A DNA stretch of 61,843 nucleotides, counting the filler. It is 6 parts of 6 records of this genome, joined end to end, with 100 filler letters (N's around TTAATTAATTAA, not from the genome) between each part and the next. Parts side by side here need not be neighbours in the genome. Positions count along the whole stretch, not along the records: positions 37,914 to 44,800 come from DRR378314_1875; positions 44,901 to 51,102 come from DRR378314_1876; positions 51,203 to 61,843 come from DRR378314_1884; 3 more parts are not named here. One strand, written 5' to 3'. Shown here in pieces: positions 39,878 through 51,301 of the stretch. The notes beneath the pieces were generated by a model that ran no database searches, was not told where the DNA came from, and saw nothing but the letters and a program-made list of their open reading frames with translations. The position numbers and the translations under genes are program-made. Each line of letters opens with the position of its first letter. Position 1 is the first letter of the stretch.

Positions 39878-40347
39878 GCCAGGGGTTCGACGTGCACGCC
39901 TTCTGCGAGGGCGACCATGTGATGCTGGGCGGTGTGCGCATTCCCCACGAGCGCGGCCTGAAAGCCCACTCCGACGGCGACGTGGCGCTGCACGCCCTGG
40001 CCGACGCGCTGCTCGGCGCCCTGGCGCTGGGCGACATCGGCCACTACTTTCCGGATCACGATGAGCGCTGGCGCGGCGCCGACTCCGGCGGCCTGCTGCG
40101 GGCGGTGATGGACGGCGTCAGCACCGCCGGCTGGCGCATCGGCAACCTGGACCTGACGGTGATCTGCCAGGCGCCCAAGCTGGCCGACCATATCGCCCCG
40201 ATGCGGCGCCGCATCGCCGGCCTGCTGGACTGCGGCATGGATCAGGTGTCGGTGAAGGCCACCACCACCGAGCGGCTCGGGTTCACCGGCCGGGGCGAGG
40301 GCATCGCCGTGCAGGCGGTGGTGCTGCTCACCCACGAGGACCAATGA
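39862..40347 (+). CDS. ispF: MECDP synthase
   Basis: [35 protein letters not shown]. Confidence 0.96.
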   Translation: MAIRIGQGFDVHAFCEGDHVMLGGVRIPHERGLKAHSDGDVALHALADALLGALALGDIGHYFPDHDERWRGADSGGLLRAVMDGVSTAGWRIGNLDLTVICQAPKLADHIAPMRRRIAGLLDCGMDQVSVKATTTERLGFTGRGEGIAVQAVVLLTHEDQ

Positions 40348-41399
40348 GCCGCGACGCCGACCTGCCGGCGCCGCTGCCGGCCACGCCCGCCGCCCACGGC
40401 GGCCCCTTCGGTAAAGCGCTGCTGCGCGCCGGCTTCGAGGATTTCCGCGTCACCGAGATCATGAACGTGGTCCCGGAAGGCGAGGGCGAGCACCTCTGGC
40501 TGGAGATCGAAAAAACCGACTGGAACACCGAGGACGTGGCCCTGTGGCTGGCCAAACAGGCCGGCATCCACCGTCTTGCCGTAGGCTACAGCGGCCTCAA
40601 GGACCGCCGTGCCGTGACCCGCCAGTGGTTCAGCCTGCATCTGCCCGGCAAAGCGGACCCGGACTTCTCCTGGCCGGCGGGCCTGGTCGCTCTGCAGGCG
40701 CGCCGTCACCGGCGCAAGCTCAACCGGGGCACGCACCGCGGCAACCGCTTCGAGATCGTGCTGCGTGAACTGGACGCTGACCGCGACGCCCTGGAGCGTA
40801 CCTTGCATACCCTTTCCGAGCGCGGCGTGCCCAATTACTTCGGTGAACAGCGCTTCGGCCGGAGCGGCGGCAACTGGCAACGCGGCCAGCAATGGCTGTT
40901 GGGCGGCGAGGCCCCCCGTAAACGGGCGCTGCGCGGTATCTGGTTGTCGGCGGTGCGCAGCGGCCTGTTTAATCGGGTTCTGGCCGAGCGGGTGCGCGAG
41001 GGCGTCTGGGACCGGCCGCTGGAGGGCGATATCCTCCAGCCCCGTGACAGCCGCGGGTTGTTCGAAGCCGACCAGGACGCCAGCGCCGGCGCCCGCGTGG
41101 CCGCCGGCGAGGTGCACCCCACCGCCCCTTTGCCGGGGAAGGCGGGCATGGCATCATCGGCGGCTTGTCGGCACCTGGAAGCGCGCGCTCTGAGCGGCTG
41201 TGACGCCCTGATCGAGGCGCTCGCCGGGGAAGGGGTGGACGCCGCGCGCCGGGCCACGCGCTTGCCGGTGAATGGCTTACAATGGGCCTGGAGCGAGGGC
41301 GACGTGCTGACGCTGGGGTTTGATCTGCCCACCGGCGCGTTCGCCACCACGGTGCTCGCCGAGTTGGTGGAAACACATACGCCGGTCAACGATAACTAA
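40344..41399 (+). CDS. truD: tRNA pseudouridine(13) synthase
   Basis: [42 protein letters not shown]. Confidence 0.95.
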   Translation: MSRDADLPAPLPATPAAHGGPFGKALLRAGFEDFRVTEIMNVVPEGEGEHLWLEIEKTDWNTEDVALWLAKQAGIHRLAVGYSGLKDRRAVTRQWFSLHLPGKADPDFSWPAGLVALQARRHRRKLNRGTHRGNRFEIVLRELDADRDALERTLHTLSERGVPNYFGEQRFGRSGGNWQRGQQWLLGGEAPRKRALRGIWLSAVRSGLFNRVLAERVREGVWDRPLEGDILQPRDSRGLFEADQDASAGARVAAGEVHPTAPLPGKAGMASSAACRHLEARALSGCDALIEALAGEGVDAARRATRLPVNGLQWAWSEGDVLTLGFDLPTGAFATTVLAELVETHTPVNDN

Positions 41400-41439
41400 A
41401 CATCCGGCGCGTCATTGGATTGGGGATGCATTAACACAC

Positions 41440-42096
41440 ATGAACACAGAGCTGCGCGGTATTGGCATGACGTCGGCACGGACCCGGGAAAGGCTGATCA
41501 GCCGCCTGCGGGAAGCGGGCATCGAGGACGAGCGCGTTCTCGAAGTGATCCGCAACACCCCCCGTCACCTGTTTATCGACGAGGCCCTGGCTCACCAGGC
41601 CTATGACGATACCGCCTTGCCCATCGGTTACGGCCAGACCATCTCCCAGCCCTGGGTGGTGGCGCGCATGACCGAGCTGCTGATCGCCGACCGGGTGCCG
41701 CCCAAGGTGCTGGAGATCGGCACCGGCTGCGGCTACCAGACCGCCGTGCTGGCCGCGCTCTGCGAGCAGGTGCATTCGGTGGAACGGATCCGCCCGCTGC
41801 AGGACCAGGCGCGCCGCCGGCTGATCAGCCTGGGCATGGCGCGGGTGCAGCTCAAGCACGCCGACGGCGGTTTCGGCTGGAAAGCCGCCGCCCCCTTCGA
41901 CGGCATTCTGGTGGCCTGCGCGCGCCCGGATATTCCCGATGAATTGCTCGGCCAGCTGGCCGACGGCGGCCGCCTGGTGATGCCGGTGGGCGACCGGGTT
42001 CAGAAGCTCACGGTGGTGGAGCGTCACGGCGACGACATCACCACCCGGGCCCTGGACACGGTGCGCTTCGTGCCGTTTCAACGGGGCGTGCAATGA
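41440..42096 (+). CDS. pcm: Protein-L-isoaspartate O-methyltransferase
   Basis: [32 protein letters not shown]. Confidence 0.95.
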   Translation: MNTELRGIGMTSARTRERLISRLREAGIEDERVLEVIRNTPRHLFIDEALAHQAYDDTALPIGYGQTISQPWVVARMTELLIADRVPPKVLEIGTGCGYQTAVLAALCEQVHSVERIRPLQDQARRRLISLGMARVQLKHADGGFGWKAAAPFDGILVACARPDIPDELLGQLADGGRLVMPVGDRVQKLTVVERHGDDITTRALDTVRFVPFQRGVQ

Positions 42097-43016
42097 GCGG
42101 GCCCTGGCGTCCCGGCCTGTTCCTGCGGGGCATGGCCATGGGCGCCGCGGATGTGGTGCCCGGCGTGTCCGGCGGCACCCTGGCGCTGATCACCGGCATC
42201 TATCAGGAACTGATCGATACCCTGGGCGGCATCGGTCCGCGACTGCTGGGCGTGTGGCGGCGCGAGGGTTTCGTAGCGTTCTGGCGCGCCGGCAATTTTA
42301 CCTTCCTTTGCACGCTTTTGGCGGGAATCCTCACTAGCATTGCGCTACTGGCCCGGATGATCGGCTGGCTGCTGGAGAACCATCCGGTGCCGGTGTGGGC
42401 GTTCTTTTGCGGTCTGATCCTGGCCAGCATCGTGATGGTGCTCAAGCCGCTGCAACAGCGCGGGGTGACGCAGGGCGTGGCCTTCGTGATCGGCACCACG
42501 CTGGCGGCGCTGATCGCCCTGGCCCCCGGGCTGGGCGCCTACCCGGTGTCGCCGCTGATCTTTTTCCTCGGCGGGGCGCTGGCGATCTGCGCGATGATCC
42601 TGCCGGGCATTTCCGGCAGCTTTATTCTGTTGCTGCTGGGGTTGTATCCCTCGGTGCTGGCCGCGGTGGAGCAGGGCGACTGGCCCCTGTTGCTGGCGTT
42701 CATGGCCGGCTGCGCCTGCGGCTTGCTGGCGTTCGTGCGGCTGTTGAAATGGCTGCTGGCGCGCCACCACGACACCGTGATGGCGCTGCTCGGCGGTTTC
42801 ATGGCCGGCTCCCTGGTGAAGCTGTGGCCCTGGCGGCTGAGCGTGGAGGGCGGTGTCGGCGACCGTTGGCTGTGGCCGGCGGAGTACGCCCGCGCGGTGC
42901 AGGGCTCCAGTGAGCTGCCCGCGGCCCTGGTGATGACCGCGGTGGGTCTGGTGTTGGTGTGGTTACTTTCTTTCGCCGCGCCCGGGCATAATGAGGTCAC
43001 TGAAACGGACGAGTAA
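42093..43016 (+). CDS. DUF368 membrane protein (undecaprenyl-phosphate translocase family)
   Basis: [17 protein letters not shown] and [10 protein letters not shown] repeats. Confidence 0.92.
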   Translation: MSGPWRPGLFLRGMAMGAADVVPGVSGGTLALITGIYQELIDTLGGIGPRLLGVWRREGFVAFWRAGNFTFLCTLLAGILTSIALLARMIGWLLENHPVPVWAFFCGLILASIVMVLKPLQQRGVTQGVAFVIGTTLAALIALAPGLGAYPVSPLIFFLGGALAICAMILPGISGSFILLLLGLYPSVLAAVEQGDWPLLLAFMAGCACGLLAFVRLLKWLLARHHDTVMALLGGFMAGSLVKLWPWRLSVEGGVGDRWLWPAEYARAVQGSSELPAALVMTAVGLVLVWLLSFAAPGHNEVTETDE

Positions 43017-43800
43017 CCTTTTGCGTGTTTTGCTCTCCACATTGTTGTCGCTGTGTCTGTGCGGCTGCGCGGTAGGGAATCCGCCGCCGGTGGTGGACAT
43101 CTATCAGCGCGACAGCAAGGCCACCAAAGTGACGTCGGGCAGCCACCGGGTAGCGCGTGGCGAAACCCTGTATTCCATTGCCTGGCGTTACGGCTGGGAT
43201 TACCGGGCGCTGGCCGAGGCCAACGACATCGACGCGCCGTACACCATCTATCCCGGCCAGACCCTCTCTTTCGCCGGCGGCCCCAAGCAGGCCACCCGGC
43301 CGTCCCGCCCGCCCGCCTCGTCGAGCAGTGCCCCGGCCAAGCCGTCGTCCTCGTCGTCCGGCGCCGCCAAGGCGGAACCGGCCCCGCCGCCCGCACCCAA
43401 ACCCAAGCCGAGCACCGACACCGGCCCGGTGAACTGGCAGTGGCCGGCCTCCGGTGAGGTGCTGGAACGTTTCTCCAAGGCCTCCGGCGGGCGCCGCGGC
43501 ATCACCATCGGCGACCGCGAGGGCAGCCCGGTGCGCGCCGCCGCCGACGGCCGCGTGGTCTACCGGGGCAGCGGCCTCACCGGCTACGGCAACCTGCTGA
43601 TCGTCAAACACAACGACCGCTGGCTGAGCGCCTACGCGCACAACAGCAGCCTGCTGGTGAAAGAGGGCGACCGGGTCAGCGCCGGCGACAAGATCGCCAC
43701 CATGGGCGCCAGCGGCACCTTCCGCACCCAGCTTCACTTCGAGATCCGCAAGGACGGCCAGCCGGTGGACCCGCTCACCGTGCTGCCGAACCGGTCCTGA
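42991..43800 (+). CDS. nlpD: LysM-M23 lipoprotein NlpD
   Basis: Lipobox, GETLYSIAW LysM, P/S linker, WQWPA, YGNLLIVKH, SAYAHN, LHFEIR. Confidence 0.9.
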   Translation: MRSLKRTSNLLRVLLSTLLSLCLCGCAVGNPPPVVDIYQRDSKATKVTSGSHRVARGETLYSIAWRYGWDYRALAEANDIDAPYTIYPGQTLSFAGGPKQATRPSRPPASSSSAPAKPSSSSSGAAKAEPAPPPAPKPKPSTDTGPVNWQWPASGEVLERFSKASGGRRGITIGDREGSPVRAAADGRVVYRGSGLTGYGNLLIVKHNDRWLSAYAHNSSLLVKEGDRVSAGDKIATMGASGTFRTQLHFEIRKDGQPVDPLTVLPNRS

Positions 43801-43801
43801 T

Positions 43802-44713
43802 ATGAACGCCGACAGCGAACGTCAGCAACGCCGCCTTCTGACCCTGGCCGCCAGCGCCTCGGTGGCCACCGCGCTGGTATTGATCGCGGTGAAAACCGTG
43901 GCCTGGATGATGACCGGCTCGGTGAGTCTGCTGGCGTCCCTGGTGGACTCGGTGATGGACTCCCTGGCGTCGCTGATGAACTTCGCCGCGATCCACTATT
44001 CGCTGGTCCCCGCCGACGACGAGCACCGCTTCGGCCACGGCAAAGCGGAAGCGCTCGCCGGCCTCGGCCAAGCCGTGCTGATCGGCGGCTCGGCGCTGTT
44101 TCTGCTCAAGGAAGCGGTGCTCAAACTGATCGAACCGGCGCCGCTGGAGGCCACCGCCCTGGGCGTCGGGGTGATGGTGTTCTCGATCCTGCTCACCGCG
44201 CTGCTACTGCTGCTGCAGCGCTATGTGGTGCGCCGCACCGGCTCCACCGCCATCGACGCGGACGCGCTCCATTATCTGTCCGACCTGGCGGTGAACCTGG
44301 GCATCATTTTCACACTGATCGTGGCCGGCTACGGCTTCGAGGAGGTCGACGGCATCGTCGGCCTGGCGATCGCGCTCTATATTCTGCGCTCCGCCTGGAA
44401 AATCGGTTGGGACTCCACCCAGCTGCTGCTCGATCATGAGCTGCCCGGCGAGGTGCGCGACGTGATCAGCGCGGTGGTCGCCGAACAGGAAGACGCGCTC
44501 GGTTTCCACGACCTGCGCACGCGCCAATCCGGGCGCACCCAGTTCATCCAGCTGCACGTGGACATGAACGAGACCTTGTCGCTGCGCGACGCCCACGACC
44601 TCGGCGAGCGCATCCGCGCCGGCATCGTCGAGCACTACCCGGCGGCGGAAGTGATCATCCACCACGACCCCGTCGCCGAGCGCCCCCACGTGCCCATCGA
44701 CGACCACCACTAG
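43802..44713 (+). CDS. fieF: Cation diffusion facilitator FieF/YiiP
   Basis: SLVDSVMD, PADDEHRFGHGKAE, ADALHY, HDLRTRQSG, IHHDP. Confidence 0.9.
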   Translation: MNADSERQQRRLLTLAASASVATALVLIAVKTVAWMMTGSVSLLASLVDSVMDSLASLMNFAAIHYSLVPADDEHRFGHGKAEALAGLGQAVLIGGSALFLLKEAVLKLIEPAPLEATALGVGVMVFSILLTALLLLLQRYVVRRTGSTAIDADALHYLSDLAVNLGIIFTLIVAGYGFEEVDGIVGLAIALYILRSAWKIGWDSTQLLLDHELPGEVRDVISAVVAEQEDALGFHDLRTRQSGRTQFIQLHVDMNETLSLRDAHDLGERIRAGIVEHYPAAEVIIHHDPVAERPHVPIDDHH

Positions 44714-44766
44714 CGGCCCCTTTGGGGTGGGGCCCTCCAACTGGGCCGCGGGTCATAGCACGGATT

Positions 44767-44791
44767 GTGCGAGCGGGCCTTGCCCGCGAAA
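44767..44791. repeat. REP-like palindrome
   Basis: gtgcgagcgggccttgcccgcgaa (gcggg/cccgc stem) resembles gammaproteobacterial REPs; at the contig end. Confidence 0.45.
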
Positions 44792-44900
44792 GGGAGCGCA
44801 NNNNNNNNNNNNNNNNNNNNNNNNNNNNNNNNNNNNNNNNNNNNTTAATTAATTAANNNNNNNNNNNNNNNNNNNNNNNNNNNNNNNNNNNNNNNNNNNN

Positions 44901-47900
44901 ACAAATCGCCAACCCTGCACTCACCTGGTAGAGAAGAAACCGTATATACTCCTGCATCATCGTGCGCTCTTTCTTCGCAAACGCTGGGCGGTCGGGAGGG
45001 TCGCAAATAAGGATCGCGCCTTCAAGAAGGACATTCACACGCGGGTCCAGGCGCTTCGCGGCGCGCATGCGCTGCACGGCCTCGAGCGCCTTGCGCATCC
45101 GGAACGCCATTTGCGGGTGAACAAAGAGGAACCGCCCGCAATTTTCGAGCAACAGCGACAGAAGCTGCATGTGTACATCCCACAGAGCACGCCCGATCCC
45201 CACAGATACCGCACGCAACACCGGAATCAGTACGCGGACAATACAGCGCATTCCGACCAAGCGCGACAATGCCGCGAGGTCCACAATTGCACACTGAGAG
45301 ACTCGCTGGAAACCGCACGCTGCGATGCCTTGTGCAGACGCAGAATCTCGACATCGACACGCTCGGAATATGCGAGCGAACAGCAAAGTTCTCCAAAAAT
45401 GCGCAGCAGCTTTACTGCAACTCAGGGTACAGAAGTGGAACATCGTGTGCGGCAAAGGCACTACGTCGTTCGGTCGAACGAGATTCGCACCTCGGCGTTC
45501 TGCGACGAAAACTCGTCGCGCAGGAACCGGATGCACCGGAACGCCATCTCGCCGTTCTCGGCGACGCCAAACTTTGTCAATTCGCCGACGAGACGGATAT
45601 TCTTCCGCTGCGACTCAAAGCGCAGTTGCGCTTTTCGTCTCCACAGCCCGAAAAACTGTCTCCACACGCCGCGGACAACGATTTCACCTTTGAAAGCAAT
45701 AGCACAGCATCGTTTACACGCAGACAAAGCCAATCGATCGAACCAATAATGTCACATCAACCTCAGCCTACGAAAGCTGCGCGTGAGACACATGCGTTCG
45801 GCGCGCAGTTGATCTCTTTCGCAGAGGATCCCAAACCAGATGGTACGAGCTGAAAGCCACAAACTGTCAGAGGAGAAGCATCGCGCTCGCAGCAGATTCT
45901 CGCTCTTGGGCCGCGATGCCAGCAAACGGCGATACGAAACAGACGCAAACTGGCCTTTAGAGATGGGGGAAATTGCATCGTGGATCAGCATGGGGGAGTA
46001 GCAAAATCATGTTTTGCGGTACAGCGGAGCAGTGCGCGACGACAGAGCACCACAGTTGCCCCTTGCGGCGCCCACAATCAGCCAACGGGCCCACACAACC
46101 GCCACAAAGCAAGCGCGCGCGCAACGAAGGCCACCGTTCTTTCGCGACGGGCACGACAGTGTGCTTCTCGTGAAGAAGACGCATTTCCCGCAAGAGAGAG
46201 CAGAAATCGATCTTGCAGCCGTATATGAGAGAAAACGAGGTAGAGGAAGAGAGAGCGGAACCTCGCCCGCTGCCCGATCGCCGATTCCTCAAGGATATGC
46301 TACGCAAATCATGTGCTCTCGAGCACTGGGAGCACAAGCGCAACATCGATCGCCTTCCCTATGGCCCGTTGATGTACTACGCGAGTGAATATATCTTTAC
46401 AGTGCGGCACTTTTCTGGTCGCCAGCGAGGTGTACAGGCAAACGCACCGATTTCAGGGTGCGGCCGTGACACAATGGCAACGAATCGCGCGAAGAACGGA
46501 AGTGTTTCGTGGCGGCGCCTCGCCGGATTGCAGAGAAGCGACGCAAACGCTTCGCGCGATTTCCGATTCTCGCGCATGGTGAGGTACTGGAGCGCAAGTT
46601 CGTCGACTTCAACACGCGTTTGGCATTCCATGATGCGGAGAAAGAGGACTTCTTGTGGCGTCAGCGCGGGAGGAGCGTTGTCCTCCTCCTCGTCATTCCA
46701 ATCGTCAATTTCCTCCAGCCACGGTTTTCTGCGCTCGTTGGCTTTCCCTGCGCCGCCTTTTGCGCTGTTCGAGCTCGATGCGCCCGGAGCGGGCGCCGTT
46801 GCAGGCGCAAACCGCAGCACATCCGGTAGTTCAAGGTAAAACTTTTTCGTTTCTTCGTCATCAAAGAGCGGACTAGGTTCGCCATTGGCATCAAACGTGG
46901 CGATCACGACACCGTCACTGCCGTCATTTTGCGTCCCGTCGTCGGTGAGCGGGTGCAATTCGGGAACTGGAACCTGCAGTGATTCGCCCAGCTGAGTGGC
47001 GACGCGGAGAAGCGATTCGTACACTTGCAGCATGTCCTCATACGCCTTGCTCACGTCTTCGGGAACGCGGCCTTTCGTCTCCTCGAGTCGAGCCATTCCT
47101 GTTACAACGGCGACGACGGAACGATACCGAAGAGCAGCACAACGAGACCGTAGAGCGTGTTGGCGTCCAGTGGATACCAGAAAGACGAACGAGACCCATC
47201 GCGTGGCGACAAAACAAACGATGAAGCCCATTCGCCTGTGGCGCGAAATGCTACTCCACAACTGCCGAATCTGCCGCCGTATTCATACCCCACGCGGCCG
47301 CTGTCGCCGCATTGCACCACGTGCGCGCGGCCGTTGCAAAGAAAGAAACACTCCCCCCCCATGCGCACTGTGGGCGCACCCATTTGCGCCAGCAAGGGAC
47401 CTCATGCGAGCGCTGCAACGCCAGAGGGCTACTACGCGGTCTTCAGACGCGCTCGCGTGACGTTTGGCCCGTCGAGCGCCTTGATAGTGCCTTTTTTTCT
47501 CGTGCCGCATACATACTGGCCATACTCGCGTGCAGCAGAAGCGAAAGCAGCCCCCTTTAGCCTCCGCGCGCCACGTGACCCGGTTTGAGGAGCTGCCTCG
47601 CGTGGTCATGCGCTCCACTCGCGGAACTGGATGGCGCCGGCGTGGCCGTGTGCCTCACCTTTTTTGCGCCGGATTAGAGCTTCGTTCGCCTGCTTCAGCA
47701 GCGCCATGATCTCTTTCGTCGCCTCGACCATGGTAGTGGAGAGCGCCGTCCGCGAGGCAGCGGGCAGGAACTGCCACGGCTCCGGCTCGCTCGTCTCGCA
47801 GGCCGCAGAGGCCGCCGCGCTCGCGAGCTCGCGTGCGCGCTCGGCCACAGCGCTGCTGGGCTCGCGGGAACTGTCTACAGTCTCTGACGACGCGCTAGAA

Positions 47901-49509
47901 GCCGTATGTGCGGTTTCGATGGGGCCGCCAGTAGGGTTCTGGGCCAGATGCGCGTCTAAAGCGCGCTTGGCCTTCTCCAGCCACACGGGCGCGTCGCGAT
48001 CGGTGTCGCTCTCCGAGGATTCGGCAATCGCCTTGGCGGCAGCAACGACGTCAACAGGTTCAAGCACCGTCGCCAATCCGTGCTGTAGCAACTTGCAAAG
48101 TAGCTGGACATTCTCAAAATCATGACTCTTGCGGATAGGTGCAGTGTCGGAAAGGCGCGTGACAGCACGTTCAAGCGCCGAAGTATCCGATATCCCGAGC
48201 ACGGCAAGCTCGTAGAGCACCGTGGCGGCGCCGCCGCGGCGCTGTCCATCGTCAAACGCAGCCTCAAACGCAGCAACGGCCTCGTCCACAAACTCGGGGA
48301 ATCGGCGCGCGAGGGACAAAATTAGTCGAGACACAGCAACTGCGTCTTGCGTCGATAGCTTCGCCTCGGCGAGCGCTGTGGCGATCTCATTGATGTACTT
48401 GCTCAGCGAGAGCGATTCGATATCGCGCTGCAGACTGGCCAGCGAAGCAGCGGTGAACGCGCGACACTTTTTTACAAAGCCCATATTGCGCTTCAGCGTC
48501 GAATCCAATTTCTTTCCACTCACATCGACGGCATCTGCGTGAGCCTTTGTACGTTCAATCCGCAGCTCAAGTGCGCGCGCAAGCACTCGCAGTTGCTCTT
48601 CGCGTGCCTGGGAAGAGGAACCAATGAAAGAAACAGCGCACAGGTGCGCAAAGACCACGACACCATTCGCACCAGAGGAGAGCACGCAGATGCAGCACGA
48701 GCTGGTCAGCACATCATACAACGCTTGTCCTAACAGGCTGCGATGCACACATTGCACATTACGAGGTACTAAAACGAGTGTACTGGTCTACAAGGGACGC
48801 CAGAGCTGGAAAAGGGTGAGAAAAGCGCGCGTGTGCTTGCCTCTTCTCTCGCGGACGGACAACGCATGTGTCACCGGCAAAGTGGGCAAAGTTTCCTTCC
48901 TTAGCCGCACGATGGCGCACGTGAGCCTAAGATACGCGGAAACGCTCAGAAACACCAGTATATAAACCCATACGACAATTTTCCGCGTTGAAATCAGTGT
49001 AAAAAAGTACAATATACCACTGCAGAATCCACTAGGCCGTATTCTGTTTCGAGAATTTACGTGGAGATAGCTGCGCACGCGCAACAGCTACGGCGTACCT
49101 TTTCGCGCGCTTCGAACGCATCCACCAGGGACTGGGAGTCAGCAACGGTTTTCCGCAGTGCATCTTCTCGCTTTTTGTGTTCTTGTTCGATTCGTTCACG
49201 TTCTTTGCGCTCTTGTTCCAGTCGCTCTTTGGCCTTGCGCTCCCGCTCCAGCCGTTGCTGCTCCGCACGTTCCCGCTCCTCGCGCTCCCGCTCCTTCCGC
49301 TCACGCTCCGCCCGTTCCCGCTCCTTCCGCTCACGTTCCGCCCGTTCTCTCGCTTTCCGCTCCTGCTCTTTCCTAAGTTTCTTCTGATGTTCGCTCTCTC
49401 TTTGTTGTGGTTCACTTCGATGCTTTGCAGCGTCGTGGGGAGTCTGCTGTCGCTGGCCGGCGCCCGGCGGCTGCTTTGCCTTTCCGTGCGGCGCCGCTGC
49501 GGGCGACAA
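44901..49509 (-). CDS. UPF2: Nonsense-mediated decay factor UPF2 (MIF4G domains), multi-exon, 3' truncated
   Basis: KKLDSTLKRNMGFVKK, LSLSKYINE, LFDDEETKKFYLELPD, LPFFARFVA, KNIRLVGELTKF, LLENCGRFL...ICDPP; K/E/R-rich N-terminal exon. Confidence 0.88.
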
Positions 49510-51073
49510 GCACGCGCAGTCGTACCACCATAGTCAGCACAGCAGTGCTCATGACCGTGTACCGGCATACAGAAGCACATATGATTGCTACAACGATATA
49601 CGAGACACTACTTTGTTTCTACACGTGCTAGGGAAAAGGAAACGAGCGCACCGGTCTTTTCTCTTGTACCACAGCAACTCTGTAGTAAGGCAGCACCTTC
49701 GCGAAAAAAAAAAAAAGCCTCGCCAATTAAGCGCCACGTGATTCAGCCTCGCCAAATACCTACGCGCCCATCAACGCCAAGCATGCTCTTCACACGCCGC
49801 TAGTGGTGGCTGGTACATTATTTGTGCGTCCAAAGTGTATCCGCTCACACGTTCAGCAAACATATTGAAGCTCGGGCTCGGCGCGCTCGCTACTCCGCGT
49901 CGGTTCCGCCGCCCGTACCTGCCCTGTGGCCACTCGCTCCGCCTTGCGCGGGACGAGCCCCGTCACTCTTCTGCGCATCGACAAAGGCACAGCCCGACAA
50001 CAACAGATGGCAGTAAGCTCCATGTCAGAAAGATGTAAAGAATACACAATGATATCAGCAAGCAGAATACGACACTGGCGCGAGAGAGGGCGAAGAGAGC
50101 GCGCTCCGAAGGAAAGGGAAAACAAGAAATGCTGATGCGCTCCGCGCGACGTACCGCGCCTGCTTTGGTGCCACCGGAGGGATCTTCCGTGTCTTGCTTG
50201 CGATTTTTCCTCCTCTCCTGCCGCACACGAGAGAGGAACATGCGCGACAAAATTACAAGGGTGAGTAAATCTATAAATATTCGAGCTCAATACCACAACG
50301 ATGACAGACGTTCAGGACCTGCCGAGCGGTAGTAGCACAACGCGGCGCGAGCGCGGTCGGAGAAAGCGCGCGACACACGCAGCGCTGCACGATAGGGCGC
50401 GTGTCAGCGCGGCGTGCCGCGGGAAACTAACAAGAGCCCCGTCCCCTGTGCAGCTATGACCAACAACAAGGATATGCGAAATCATCAATATATATATCAC
50501 TCGAACACGGAGTATCACGTGCCGAAAGCGCGTAAGGAAAGGGCGACGCGGGGAGAAGCTTAGAGCAGAGCACACAAGCGTCCGCGCACGGTCAGGGACA
50601 CGCAGCGAGCAAGGTGCCTGATGACCTCACGATGCAGAGCAGCTCCTCGCGCCGCTGGAGGACTCCCAAGCACCCACGCGCTTTACGATCAGCTTTCTGC
50701 AGCAGCATCAATACTTACCCTTACAACGTAGACGCCCTGCGGGCGGCCGCGGTGCCCGCCACGGCCCGCTCCGCCGCGTGACGCTCCTTCTACCATCTCG
50801 AAGACACCGCCCGTAACGGGCGCGCTCGCGAGCCTGCGGCACCGCAAGGGAAGTGAGCGAAGACCCTTTGTCGAGACCTATTTCGCGGACCGTGATAGAA
50901 CAGCGCCACAGCGCCGCCTCTACCACCCCGTCTTCACCAGCAGCAGGTAGCATAGCACGTGCGGGATAGAGCGGCACAGGATTCACAGAGCGAAGCCTAC
51001 TTTGCTGTGCATTCGCAAAAAGGGTACATGTATTGGATTCGACGAGTAGCCGAAGCGTGCTAAGTACTGCTGC

Positions 51074-51102
51074 TCTCCTCCTCCTCCTCCTCCTCCTCCT
51101 CC
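51074..51102. repeat. (CTC)n microsatellite at the contig end
   Basis: About 9 tandem CTC units. Confidence 0.9.
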
Positions 51103-51301
51103 NNNNNNNNNNNNNNNNNNNNNNNNNNNNNNNNNNNNNNNNNNNNTTAATTAATTAANNNNNNNNNNNNNNNNNNNNNNNNNNNNNNNNNNNNNNNNNN
51201 NNGTTCTACGTTTGGTGGAGGGCGAGCCATGATAACTTTCTTTCATTCGTCGTATCCTCTGCGGATTTTGTTACTTCGCCTGCTGCTGTTTATTTTCCAA
51301 G

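Noticed and set aside
49190-49390. Tandem repeat suggesting a mobile or satellite element
   Set aside because: It encodes the E/R/K-rich coiled-coil N-terminus of UPF2.
50711-50722. U1 snRNA 5' end (ATACTTACC)
   Set aside because: It continues CTT rather than TGG and no U1 stems were seen. It is more likely a minus-strand GTAAGT splice donor.
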